Assembly: GCA_964188305.1 (NCBI GenBank)
Contig: OZ076898.1
Direction: 5' to 3' (one strand)
DNA: 64,000 nt
From: Podarcis bocagei
Lineage: Eukaryota
Positions 24,644 to 36,790 of the stretch are shown in pieces. Numbering within the stretch: position 1 is the first letter of the stretch; the number at the start of each line of letters is the position of its first letter. The notes beneath the pieces were generated by a model that did no database searches, had not been told where the DNA came from, and saw only the letters and a program-made list of their open reading frames with translations. The position numbers were made by a program, and so were the translations under genes.

Positions 24644-24821
24644 CGAAGATAACACGTGGGAGCCAGAGGAGAACCTCGACTGCCCTGACCTCATTGCGGA
24701 GTTCCTGCAATCCCAGAAAACTGCACATGAGAGTGACAAGTCAGAGGGAAGCAAGCGCAAGGCAGAATCTGATTCAGAGGATAGGGGGGAAGAAAGCAGA
24801 CCAAAGAAAAAGAAAGAGGAG
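24644..24821 (+). CDS. CBX1: CBX1 coding exon 2 (chromodomain end and hinge)
   Basis: [30 protein letters not shown]...KKKKEE; ttcag| acceptor, |gtaagg donor; 178 nt. Confidence 0.98.
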
Positions 24822-26337
24822 GTAAGGCAGATTCTCTCCATCTGTGGCCCAATGAGGGTTGCTTTATGCTTTGCAGTTAAGGACTGATTGATGTTTCTGA
24901 AAGGGTAAAACACTAGCTAACAGCAGCGATATTTATTGCCTTCTTAAAGTGAGCTACATAACTGTGTAGTGTAGTGCCTCAGCTGCAAGTGTCTTTGGGA
25001 ATATGGTTGACATTCATTAGTCTGTGGTACTAGTGGTGTTTCTCACCAGAATCTCTGCCTCCAGCCCAGTTACCTCCCCATCAGAGAATGTGGCTATGTG
25101 TTCTTTCAATTTTGGGGATGCACCTGCTACAGTGGGAAGACTCCATTTGCTGTGTTAGTATGCTGGAAGCAAAGTGTCATGGTCCTGATTGCGTTGTTCT
25201 TGCAAACAGCACTGGTGCATTTAAAAAGTTGGATCTGGTGACTTGGCTGGTGGTGGGCTTCTGTTTTCTCATGTATTTCTCTTTGTAGAGTCTGCCCTGT
25301 GTCTTGCCTTGCATTCTGTTGAATACAGCCTTTTTTCATTCTGCCTCTAAACTCTTTCTAGCCACATTATCCCTTTTTATTTCAAGACAAGAGACTTCTG
25401 ATAGTAGTTTTGTGTGGTTAAGTAAAAACAGCCAGACCGTTCCAAAATTTTGTATGTATGGCTTCTCAAAAGTTCAGTGTTCTCTTCCCCACTCCCCATT
25501 GTTTGCATTATTTACCCTTTGTTTGTTTGTTTGTCCTCCATTTGTTTGTTTGTTTGTTTGTGCTTAGCACTTCCATCCCTTTTATATTGTTGCATTTTCC
25601 TGTTAGTACACAACTCTTCCTCTTCATTTCTGATTTCTTTGATTTCATAAGTTTTTTCCTGTCTTTGCTTCACACCCTTCCATTTTCAGCTGTTCCTCTC
25701 CAGCCCTTTTCTCCACATCCTCCCTTGGAAACATAACATAATTAAGCTAGGGCTTACCAAAATGTAGCTCTGAAATCTTTCAGTGCCGGAGCTTTGTTCT
25801 GGAAGATACTTCGTAGTAATATGAAGGAGATTCTCAGCAAATTATTTCCAGGAATGGTTGAGCCCAACACCTCTCCTCAGCCAAGGAAGAAACCAGAATG
25901 CAACAAGAGCAGGTTCTCTGCCTCACTAGCATACTCTTGTCTGTTTCTCCCTCCCTCCCTGCCAGCTAAGTTCTTGCTCTAGCAAGCAAGGCAGTTGCTT
26001 CAGTAGTGCCACACAAATATTTTATGGTAGATTAAAAGTGGGAAAGATTCTGGAAGGTGATGGGTGTGGTCTTACTTTGGAATAAGCAGTTTTAAATTTC
26101 AGTGCCAAATAAGAAACCCTTTATGTCTTAAAACCTCCTTGTTTAATATGCACTGTAGAGCAGTGCCATATTATAAAGAGCTTGAAACTGATTAAACTGG
26201 TAGCATGTACCAGAGAAGCTTGAATAATATTTTTTGTGAGTATGCTAAGAATTCTTGCTGGAGATCTAACACTTTCACAGATGTAGAATTAATGGGATTC
26301 TTTGGAATAGCAGTAGCTCAAACAGCTTTAAAACTAG

Positions 26338-26643
<306 letters not shown>

Positions 26644-27256
26644 TAAGCCTGTTCCTTTGTCTTTTCTCCCTTGTGCATCCTCCATCAGAGATTAGAATCC
26701 AGATGTTGAATTTTTGGGAACATGGCTACTTAATGGTATGAGTGTCTGTAATGAGATCAGGTGGTAAGACCATTGGTTCTCTAACATTTTTAAAAGTTTA
26801 GGAGGGGGCTAATTATCTTAGCTGCAGAATACTGTTAATATACAGCCTCATCACTTTGATGACCTCTTGCATTTTGATCTGCTTTCTAGTTCCTTGCAAG
26901 TGATTTATATGAAACTTGGAATCTGCTTTCTCTGTTGTGTAAGGTTCAACTGTCTTTTACTTGCAAGCATTCTGAGGTCATAACTGGAAATAACTAGCTC
27001 TTGCAACCCATTCCCACAATCCTTCCATGTCTTGAGGAAGGATTGTGTGGATCAGGCAGGTAGATGTATGCTTATAAATCATATTTTGCATTATAGGCAT
27101 CAGGATTTGTGGCCAATGATTCTATGAACTGGCAAGTGTTAAGGTACCTCAGATTTGTATTATCCTTCTGGACAATAATCTTCGGTGTGCTTATGCATCA
27201 ATAGCAAAGCCATGCATTAAATTCACAGTATTATCCAAAGCTTTAAGATCACATGA

Positions 27257-27514
<258 letters not shown>

Positions 27515-28737
27515 CCTGCCTCCCCTTCTGTCCCCATCCTTCCTCTGGCCGACTTTTGTATTAAATCATCAAACTGTGGGTTTGAACATGAGTGAGAAAG
27601 TGAAGAGGCGGCTGTGGAAGATGCTCTCTGTAGAAACCGGACAATTTCTGTGCCCCTGACAACTAGGTGTGACAACATGCTGTCCCCTTTCTTCCTTTCT
27701 CATCATATATACATGAGGAAAGAGGAGAGAATTGGTGAGTTCCCAGCTGTTCTTTGCTTGGGGGGGGGGGTGAAGCAAAAATAAAAATAATAGAGTTGGA
27801 ACAGGCTGCCAAAAGGGATAGGCAGGCAGAGGCTGTGTGTTCTTCAGAGACCATCTCTGTGATCTACAGCCTTACTCCCCAATAGTGTTAATGGCATTTT
27901 TACAGATTAGCATGCGTGTAGTTTTTCTTTCTTCCTTTTTGCTATTATCAGTGTATCGTTGGGGTGGGAAGGGAGGGTGCATTCTGACTGATTTGGGGAC
28001 GGCCAGTTCATGGTATCTGTATCCAGAATTGCAATTATTACAAAATACATGCCTCCTGCTGCAAGTGGAATTGATGACTCCTGCGAGGCTGGAGCTTATG
28101 TGTCTAAGTGTTAAAAGTTACAATTTGATTGCAACCATGAATACAGTCACCTTCCAGAATTATTACTGTGGGAATTGGAAAGGAGACAGCTTCTTCATAT
28201 TTTGCCCTCTAATCATAGTGAGGGCACTCTGCCCCCCAAACCATGTGACAATTTTTTTAGTACCTCTGCATCTTTTTTCTTCTAACCAACCAGAAATTGA
28301 GGGTTTTTAGCCTCCCCCCCCCCTCTTGTATGTATGTGGCATTTTAGGCATCCTTTTAATTAAGGGGAAGGAAAGTAGGGGTGAAATCTACCCCCTACAG
28401 CACAAGGTAGTAGTAGGTTTCAGAATATTCTGTAAACAACTATCTTCTGTTCAGACTTGGGCATTTATGATTGCTTACCTTGCCCTAGTCCTACCCATTT
28501 CATTTTTAAGCTAACGATACTTTGTTCTTCCAAAGGACAATTTTACCTCTGACATTGAAACACCCCACAAGCCACTGACCCCCCCCCCATTCATCCTTTG
28601 TGTGGGGGGGTGGTATGTACGTAGAAGTGTACAAACCTTTTTTTAAAAAAACAAAGCATGGTTAGGTTTCTGTGAAAACGTTGTCTAAAACTCAAGTGTT
28701 TGGATTTTAACTTCATACTGAACTGTCTTTTTGTCTC

Positions 28738-28743
28738 AATAAA
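28738..28743 (+). terminator. CBX1: Likely CBX1 polyadenylation signal AATAAA
   Basis: AATAAA at the end of a ~1.2-kb U-rich 3' UTR, followed by a pyrimidine-rich downstream element. Confidence 0.65.
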
Positions 28744-29070
28744 ACTTTAGATTTATAGTCCTGCTCTTTTTCTTCTTCATCTGGTCCAGGCCTTCCTTGA
28801 AAATATTCTACAATACAAAGTACTGAATTGCAACTAGAAAATATTGCAGGAATAAGTGATATGCTGAACTGAGAAGTATTGCAGGGGAAATGCAGTATGT
28901 TATGGGGGAGCATGGCCAGTACATAAAGTCAAGAGAAGGCACATTCCCTCGGTCATTGTAATGCTGAATTTGGTGAGCCTACCTTTTATCACAACACAGG
29001 GCTAGGGCTACCAAGAAAAGTGCGGAAAATTAAAGACACCAAACAAATCCTCAAATAGTGAATAAGCCAT

Positions 29071-29076
29071 TTTATT
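29071..29076 (-). terminator. NFE2L1: Likely NFE2L1 polyadenylation signal AATAAA
   Basis: Minus-strand AATAAA followed by GU-rich tttgtttggtgtct, ~1.9 kb past the stop codon. Confidence 0.65.
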
Positions 29077-30973
29077 TTTGTCCTGTGCTCATACGCTCTC
29101 GCTCCTCTCCCCAACAGGTCATAGAAACCATTCAAAATAAAACCTCTACAGAAAAAAATAAATTAACACATGCACACATCAGGGCTCTATCCTCCAGCAA
29201 CCCAGCCACAGTTCCAACACATTTTGTGCTTCAAGTTTCATGCTGTCAAATCACAGAAGCCTGAGAGGTGGGAGAGACTCACCGATAGTTTACTTCCCCT
29301 CTCACCTTTTATATTTTCCTTGTAAGAAATCATGGCCTTGAGAAAAACAAGATCATATAGAACATATGGCTGCAGAAGTTGCCTCTATTACATACAGTGC
29401 TTCATACCCCCACAGTTCTCTGGAGGATGCCCATTTCAGTGCTACGTCCTCACACGCCATCACATACACAGGACTGACTGGGGAAAACCAAAGCCATTTA
29501 GCTCATCAGATGCTGGTAAAGTCAGTAATACTCCCAGCTGTGCTATACTGCAAATTAAACAGCTTCGAGGATTGCCTCGGAGCTTGAGGCCAGCTGTGTT
29601 CAAGGCACTACCCTCACCCTTTGCCTTATTTTTTTTTAAGGAGGGGGAAAGGGGGAAGTTGGAATGACACCACCCAAGGACAGAAAAGAAACCAGCTGTG
29701 GAATCACAGTTTAACACACCGAGTCTTAATGGCAGAAATACCTTTCAGCAGCTTTGATCATCTGGGGGAAAACATCTCCCTTCTCTCCTTCCTGCATACC
29801 ACAAATCCATTTTACAGCCCTATGGGAATGGGGAAACACAGGCGCACACAAGTCCTACAGAAATAAATTAAAACCAAAGTGCCCATTAAGAAAGGGGCTT
29901 GCCATAGATGGCTATTTGCTCTACACAACATGCCCACTTTATGGGGGTAAAACCCATTGTGCTGTAGACCAAGTGGTGATCACACACCAGACCCCTCCAC
30001 CTTGCAGCCTCCGCTAAATGAAAGTGCAGCCTTCACACCTGGCCCTCACACCCCCTTTTGTCCACAAAATGAATCTTTTCAAGCCAAATCAGTGAGAAAT
30101 GTCAGCATTGTAGCATGCAGTTACCATGCGCCATCTTGTAATGTACCTTGATGGTAGCCCAGTATAACACTGGCTCCTCACTGTGGGCAGTGACATGCTT
30201 AGTGAGTTTTGAATGGAAGAGAGGGGTGGTGGAAAGATGCATCACCATAGTAATTCTATTAACCCTTTCCACTCCCACCATTCCAACCTTTATGGCAGAT
30301 TAACTCAAAGTCCACCCAAAAGGCTGTACTCGGTAACTCCTTGCGTGGAGATCTCTCCATTCCCCCGAGCTGAAAAGGGTTAAGAAAAATCACCCTTCTC
30401 CCCCAAACAAACACAACTTAATGTGTTCCACCTGCACTTACATATACATACAGATGTAGGAAGGGATGGCGGCTATGTCATGGGTTTCAGTCATGTTGTC
30501 AAATCGCGCACAACTGATGCCAAAACTGGTTCGAAAAAAACAAAACCAGCTATCTGAAATATCGAAGTTTGAAGGCAGGGGGGACTTTAAGCCTGCTCTG
30601 TCCACTTCACCTTTTTTTCCTTAAAAAAAATATCCAGCTTTAACAATTCAGATTTTCTATCCTCTGCCAAGACTCACCCCCCTCCCCACACACATTATGC
30701 CAGCTTGTCCCCCCTCCCTCAACGTTCAATAATGGGTTCCAGGCTGCTGGGGGCACAGGTCTTTCCCTACATGCTTTGCCATTCTGCCTCTCAAGACTTG
30801 TAGGCCCCCGCCCAGCAGTCTGTTCCTATACACTGACTGGCAGCTATCATGGTTTGAGAAGATATATTGGATAAGAAGGCGTGAAAGTTCCTTCAAATTC
30901 TTCAGGGCTCAGCCCTTTCTCCAAGATGCAGTTTCTGCAAGTTTTGCACTCTCCTGCCAACATTCATCACCTC

Positions 30974-32290
30974 TCACTTCCTCCTGTCTTTCTGTTTCCT
31001 CTCTTGACGTCTGCCCTGCTGGTCAGCCAAGGAGCGTGGTATTAGGATAACACTACCATTACTGGCGTACTGTAGGGCATACTGATTCGGGGAGTAGGGC
31101 TGGCCATTCTCATCACGCAGACGGCCAAATACCTCCTGATAGAGGTTCTGCACCTTTTGCTTCATCTGGCGAATGGACCTGAGAAACTCCACCTTCTCCC
31201 TGAGCAGCTTTGACTTGTCTCTCTGCAAATCCTCTACATCCCGTTCCAAGTTGAGGATAGTGTCCAGCTTTCTCTTACGACAGTTCTGGGCAGCCATCTT
31301 GTTCTTGCCCCGTCTCCGGATGTCCCGGATTAAGCTCAGCTGGGCCTCACTCAGTTGGTACTTCGACAGGAGTTCATTGAATTCTTCTACAGGCAAGTTG
31401 ATGATCTTCTCGTTGGGGAAAGGGATCTTCATGGCTCGGGCCCGGTGCTCATCTCGGCTCATCTGCTTATCCAAGAAGTCTGCCTGTTTATCCTTGGCAC
31501 TCTTCTTCCCCATGGTGGCTGGCTGGGGCTCGTCAGTGTCTAAGGTCCTGGGGGCCATGTTGTAGGTGTGATTGTGACCTACATGCTCCAGATAAGGCAG
31601 ATATTGCAGTTGAGAAGGGTTCTGGTAGCTCATACGACAAAACTTGCTGTACTCTGGCTGGTACCCAACTGCCCCTTCTGCATCTTCAACATCCACATTT
31701 TCAGAGTCCGAGTTGTAGCCCACAGCACCTTCCTCAGAAAAGGAGGAGGAAGCTGAAGATGATGACGATGATGCTTCTGAGCTGCTGAGAGAAGCAGGGC
31801 TGTGGCTCGAGTCCAAGGAGAGCCCCGAGTCTGAATCAAATTCTTCCTCCAGGCGGGAAGCCTGCACTGGGTTGAAGCCTTCTTCAGTGGCCAAGTCCAT
31901 CAAGCTAATCTCATCTAGCATGGCTTCATCAAGGAGTCCCCCAAGAGGATCTGGCAGCTCAGGCCCAGATGTTTCGTTTACAGTGCCATTTAACTGGGGA
32001 GGGAAGAAGATCCCACTCATGTTGGTAGAGCCAAATGTGGTGTTGAAGCCAGTGGAGTTGTCAGGAACCAGCTGCAACAAAGCTGAGCTGCCAGCTACTG
32101 AGAGGCTCTCCATCTCAGAGCTGAACAAGGAAGCAAAGTCTTGTGTACAGCTGCCCAGTGACGCCTGATGCAGGCTGACATTCTGGTTGATTGGGGTGGA
32201 TGGAGCAAGGCTGTAGTTGGCATTCAGAATATCTCCACCTGTGCTATCGTACAGGGTCCCTGCAGCTGCTGTGCTGTTCACCTCCATACC
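30974..32290 (-). CDS. NFE2L1: NFE2L1 last coding exon: NST glycodomain, AD2/DSGLS degron, Ser-rich tract, CNC-bZIP
   Basis: DSDSGLS, HNHTY, SRDEHRARAMKIPF, RDIRRRGKNKMAAQNCRKRKLD, leucine zipper, C-terminus QERKQKDRRK. ttttcag| acceptor; 8 N-X-S/T sequons in the NST region. Confidence 0.98.
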   Translation of the reverse strand, partial: GMEVNSTAAAGTLYDSTGGDILNANYSLAPSTPINQNVSLHQASLGSCTQDFASLFSSEMESLSVAGSSALLQLVPDNSTGFNTTFGSTNMSGIFFPPQLNGTVNETSGPELPDPLGGLLDEAMLDEISLMDLATEEGFNPVQASRLEEEFDSDSGLSLDSSHSPASLSSSEASSSSSSASSSFSEEGAVGYNSDSENVDVEDAEGAVGYQPEYSKFCRMSYQNPSQLQYLPYLEHVGHNHTYNMAPRTLDTDEPQPATMGKKSAKDKQADFLDKQMSRDEHRARAMKIPFPNEKIINLPVEEFNELLSKYQLSEAQLSLIRDIRRRGKNKMAAQNCRKRKLDTILNLERDVEDLQRDKSKLLREKVEFLRSIRQMKQKVQNLYQEVFGRLRDENGQPYSPNQYALQYASNGSVILIPRSLADQQGRRQERKQKDRRK

Positions 32291-33407
32291 CTGAAAAGGG
32301 GAAAGAAACTTTTCAGACTCTAGGTGTCTCTATTTTTCTCCTAGAACACAACTTGAGTAAATGGGTACACAAAACAAGTCCTCCAAAGAGGACCCTGTGA
32401 GAGAGCAAAGAAAACCAAAGACCCAATCATTCAGAAGTTTTAAGTACGTTAGCATGAAGGGAACTCACTTCCGTTCCACTTGCACGTGTGGAGAACTGGG
32501 ACACGGGTCTCTGTTTGCAACAAATCAGGAACTTGCATAACAAAGCAGCATGCTTGCTAGCAACTGTGCCCCATCTATCAAAGCCAGGTCTGCATCCTGC
32601 ATTACTCAATACTCCTCTGTAGCTAGCTAGCTAGCTACCTAGTTATTGGGGTGGGTCCAGGAGGGGGGACGGAAATGGCTCCTATCTGAGACACGCCACT
32701 GATAAATATTTTTGTCTAGTGTAGGAAGCAGACAGCAGACAAACATTCAGAAACTGATTGTTCTTAGACAAAATCAGGCCATCTGAAGAGTGTCATCTGA
32801 CCACCAATTTGGCAGCCCAGAGGTGAAAAAACCAGGGTCGGGAGCAGTGGCTGTGCAATTTGTGGAGGAATTTATTTTTTAAAAAAATCAATACCTGGTA
32901 TGCAGAGAGGCAAAACATTTTCCCAGCAAGGATAATGAATAGGCTGCATGCATCCTGTGACACAGATGCTATATTGTTTTAAGGGTGGGAAAGAACTGTC
33001 CCCAAGTTGTAGTGACTTATTGTGACCCTGAAGAGAGAGGTGTCTTTTGTTTGGCCCTTCCCAGGGGACCGCTGCCCTGCTACGTTGCAGGCAGTCACTT
33101 GGTGCAGTGTGTGCACTGCTTTTGACGACTCTTGAACTAGATGGTCACCTAACTCTGCAGCTCTGGTTTCCCATTTGCTGCAAATTCTTCTAGGCTCCTG
33201 CCTATTGTTATAGGAAAGATGGTTGCAGCAGCAGCAGAAAGATCATTCTTCTACAGAAGGAGAAATTCACAAAACAGAGATGTTAACAACCTTCACATTT
33301 GCCTGAAACCTAGCAAAACACTAAACAGTGGCATGGTAAACCCACCTGAAGAGAAAGCAGAGGAGGACCTAGAAAAATAAACAAGGGTAGAAGCCAGCCT
33401 TCCTCAC

Positions 33408-33569
33408 CTGCGTTTCCATTATAGACATGAGGTCCTGCCACTGCTGCTCCAGGTCGAAGGGCAACTCTGTCCCTGTTAGTAGGGGAGACAGAAGCCCGTC
33501 TGGCACAGTGGAAGGCCCGCTCTCACTCGGCAGAACTTCAGTTAGGCTGGGGGCATCTGCAGCTGGAAA
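33408..33569 (-). CDS. NFE2L1: NFE2L1 coding exon (LLSPLLT; FDLEQQWQDLMSIME Neh5-like)
   Basis: Motif match; tttcag| acceptor, |gtgagg donor; 162 nt, phase 0. Confidence 0.97.
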
Positions 33570-33990
33570 CTGAAAGCAAAACACCTTTCAGTCATGGTAG
33601 GCATGTGGCAGTGAAGAGTCATGTCAGCAACAAATCATTACTCCCGCTTCCTCTTTGCGTGAACTTCTGATACAGACTGTAACAGCCATCCCCCACTCCC
33701 AAGGTTCCCTGCAACCACAGTATTAGGGGCTTTAAAGCATTTGCAGGGGCGGGGAGGGGTGGCATTCTCGCCACTTCTTTCCTGCTAATCTACCTGGCCT
33801 TGTGCCTGGAACAAGAACAAGCTTTTCTCTTCATTTGGAAGAATTCACAGCCTCACAAGGTTATGGCAAGGGCATGAGATAAAGATTGTCCAAGTCCATT
33901 TTTTACACTGAATGAGTCTATAGAAATGCCTTATGCTGTTACTACTAAGCAGTTAAATCTTCCCTTTCCCAAGGGCCATCATTGACCCAC

Positions 33991-34080
33991 CTCTGAATTC
34001 TCCCCAAAGGGAAACGTGGCCTCCAGCAGCCTAAGGCACTCCTCCAAGGACAAGGCTGTCTGGTCCTCAACACCAGGCAC
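33991..34080 (-). CDS. NFE2L1: NFE2L1 90-nt cassette exon (TCF11-specific Neh4-like: VPGVEDQTALSLEECLRLLEATFPFGENSE)
   Basis: Translated by hand (absent from the ORF track). ttccag| acceptor, |gtgggt donor, phase 0-0. Confidence 0.95.
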
Positions 34081-35951
34081 CTGGAAGAGCAAATAATTCA
34101 AGTGTCATTTTACTGTAAGATCATCTATACCCATGCCCTTCAACTTTTTCAGATCAACCTCCACCGGCAACATACGACTTTTTTAAAAAGCCTGTACATT
34201 CTCCTATTCTTTGTGTGCCTCTTTTAAGAGATATCTGGAGGGTGGCAATGAGAAAATAGCCCTTTTCTGTCATCCTTCCAGCACCAGGCAGACATTTTTA
34301 TTCCCCTGGACGTTTCAGCAGCATTAATAGTGGCTGTGTTTGTGTGTGCTTGTTTGTATACATTTTTATGTGGATGGGGTGGTTATTTTATGTTGCTGCT
34401 GATGTTGTAGATGCACATTATAGTGCATCTGCATTGCTTTTAAAAGTATTGTATTTTGTGTGTTACTGTCTCTGTAATTCACACAGAGACTTCTTTTCTT
34501 TTAGCTGTGTAAAGCAATCTATTAGCTGAATAAACTAAACTAACCTTTATCTTTCCTCCTCGCCCCACTCACTTTTATTCTTCTCTTGAACTTAGATAAA
34601 TGTAATTAATGCTGAGGTGACACCCGTCTCAGACAGGGACGAAACCCAGTGATGTAGTCCAATGCACAGCCTGGGACAGGGCTAAATGCTCAGAAGCAGG
34701 TAGTCCAGACCAAGAGACAGAGTTTCCTAAAAACTCACCTCAACAGCCAATAGCTACATGGTTGTCTATCTGGCACGGTTTCCAATACCACACCCAGTTC
34801 CCTGTCCCACAACCCCTCCACAACCACCCCACTACTTATTCCAATGACACCCCTGAGTCTCTTCTCAAACACCCTGCATTCTGACAAAATTTCAAATGCT
34901 GAAGTCAAGAAACGGTTTATGTCACACAGTAAAATTTAATCAAATGCAAATTCTCTTGGTGCAGAATTAGATGCAGCCCCCAAGAAGGGAAGCCCTGCTT
35001 CCAGAGGATATTCTAACTGGGGTGAGCCATTCCAGAGGCTGTCACCTCCCCTGCATTCCTGCAGTCTTATAAGTGGGGACTGACTGAACTCAATCTGGAG
35101 ATCTGATGGGCCCAGTAACAACTCTTCTCAAAGCCATCCAGGGTCAAGAGTTTATTAACTGGCTTTGATAGGATATCACAGTCCTACTCTGAAGACTCAG
35201 GATGGATTCACCAAATTAGAAAGAGATATAGACTAGGATGACAAGCAAGAGCAACCCCAAGTAGAATCCTACTCACAAAATTGGCTCCAGAGCAGTGTGT
35301 GAGGTGTTATAAAGAGAAATAAGGGGAAATGGCCTCCCCACAGCATCTGCTAGCAGGATTCTCTGATAAATCCTAGCCCCATTTGGAAGGAGGCTGGCTA
35401 GGACCAAACTAATGAGATTTATAGAGAGAGATTTTAAAATTCTTACTAAATAACATACTCTTAACAGTTGCAACCAAAAATAAGACATGGGAGAAGGCCC
35501 CATTCTCACAGAACAGAGGTGAGAAGAAGCCAGGATGCTGAGAGAAGGATCAGAAGGTGGTGGTGTGAAGCCTAGGAAGCAAGGGGTGTATGTTGAGGAC
35601 TACCACAAAGCAACAAAGCACAGACCAAGGCCTTTAACCAAGCGCGGAAAGGTAATGAATGCACTCAAACCCAACGCAAACAGAGAAGCAGCCCTGCCTG
35701 CTTCCTGGGCAGAATCAGCAACACTGAACATCAGTGTTTCAGAACTAATTCCCTTTTAAGAGTTGTGTCTGAACTTGAAAAGGGGAGGACATTTTCTAGC
35801 ATCACAGCTATTTTCTTCCCAAGGCCTACCCAAGCATGCAGTGAGAGGGAGCAGCAGATTTTCCTCTAATGAACAGCTACAAAGAACAATCCCAGGATGG
35901 TGGATAAGAAAACTGTCCTACCCAAGTAGGGAGTTGAGTTATTTTTTTTAC

Positions 35952-36167
35952 CTGTGCAGGAAAGCTTTCCCCTGTCTCGCCATCCACTAGCAAGGCCCTG
36001 TCAGCGACATCGCCCCCTCTGCTCCTCCAGACATCCCCACACTCCTCCCCATTATTTGGTTCTTTGTCCACTTCGTTCTCCTTCTGGCGGTGGCTGTAGT
36101 CAAAAATCTCACGCCCAGCTCCAAGGTCGATATCCTGTCTCCACAGGATGTCAATTAAATCAATGTC
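35952..36167 (-). CDS. NFE2L1: NFE2L1 coding exon (DIDLIDILWRQDIDLG ... DGETGESF, Neh2-like)
   Basis: DLG and ETGE motifs; ttttag| acceptor, |gtaaaa donor; 216 nt. Confidence 0.97.
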
Positions 36168-36589
36168 CTAAAAACAAAAGAAAAACAAGGGGGGGACTTA
36201 AAAAACTCGTAATAAGGCTTCTCCCTTCCTTGCCGCCCTCTTTTCTCTGGAGGATGCCCTCCCCTGCAACTTCAGCCTCCCTTGTGACGTACTGCATCCG
36301 CCACCATTTGACCCTACTCACCTCCAAGTGCCGCCCTTCATTCTGAATGTGGTGCAGCCCCACCTTTCCTGCTCCTTTTCTGGACCATCCCTGATGTCGT
36401 GGGGCTCCAGATACTTTCCCCCCACCTACAGCCATTCTGCACTGGGAGCTGGCCAAGAGCGGCTCTGCAACGAGGCTGCTCCGGGGCACAGACCGGGAAC
36501 TCCATGAACAGCAACAGAGCTGTCTCCTTGTCGCTGCCCATGCTACGCAGCAGTGCTCGCTCTGTCCAGGCAGCAGGGAGTCTGCAGCT

Positions 36590-36790
36590 TTAACCGCTCA
36601 GACGGCTGGCTGGCTGGCAGGCGGAGGGAAGGAGGGAGGGAGGGAAGGGAGGGCCAATTGTCATTCTGGATTGCTGCTCCATAGCGGGCTTGCATCAGCC
36701 TGTGGTGCCATTCTGGCTATTTGCATAAAGGGGTGGGGATTCTCTGCATTTTCAGCCACCTGATGCAACTCAAGAACCCGGCTTTGCCAT
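36590..36790. promoter_or_regulatory. Candidate intronic enhancer/promoter with two C/EBP-ATF (TGATGCAA) sites and an octamer
   Basis: TTGCATCA 36690-36697, ATTTGCAT 36719-36726, TGATGCAA 36761-36768, CATTCTGG twice, GGGA-rich tract. Confidence 0.5.

Noticed and set aside
31173-32168. Plus-strand ORFs overlapping the NFE2L1 last exon
   Set aside because: Antisense shadows of the real CDS.
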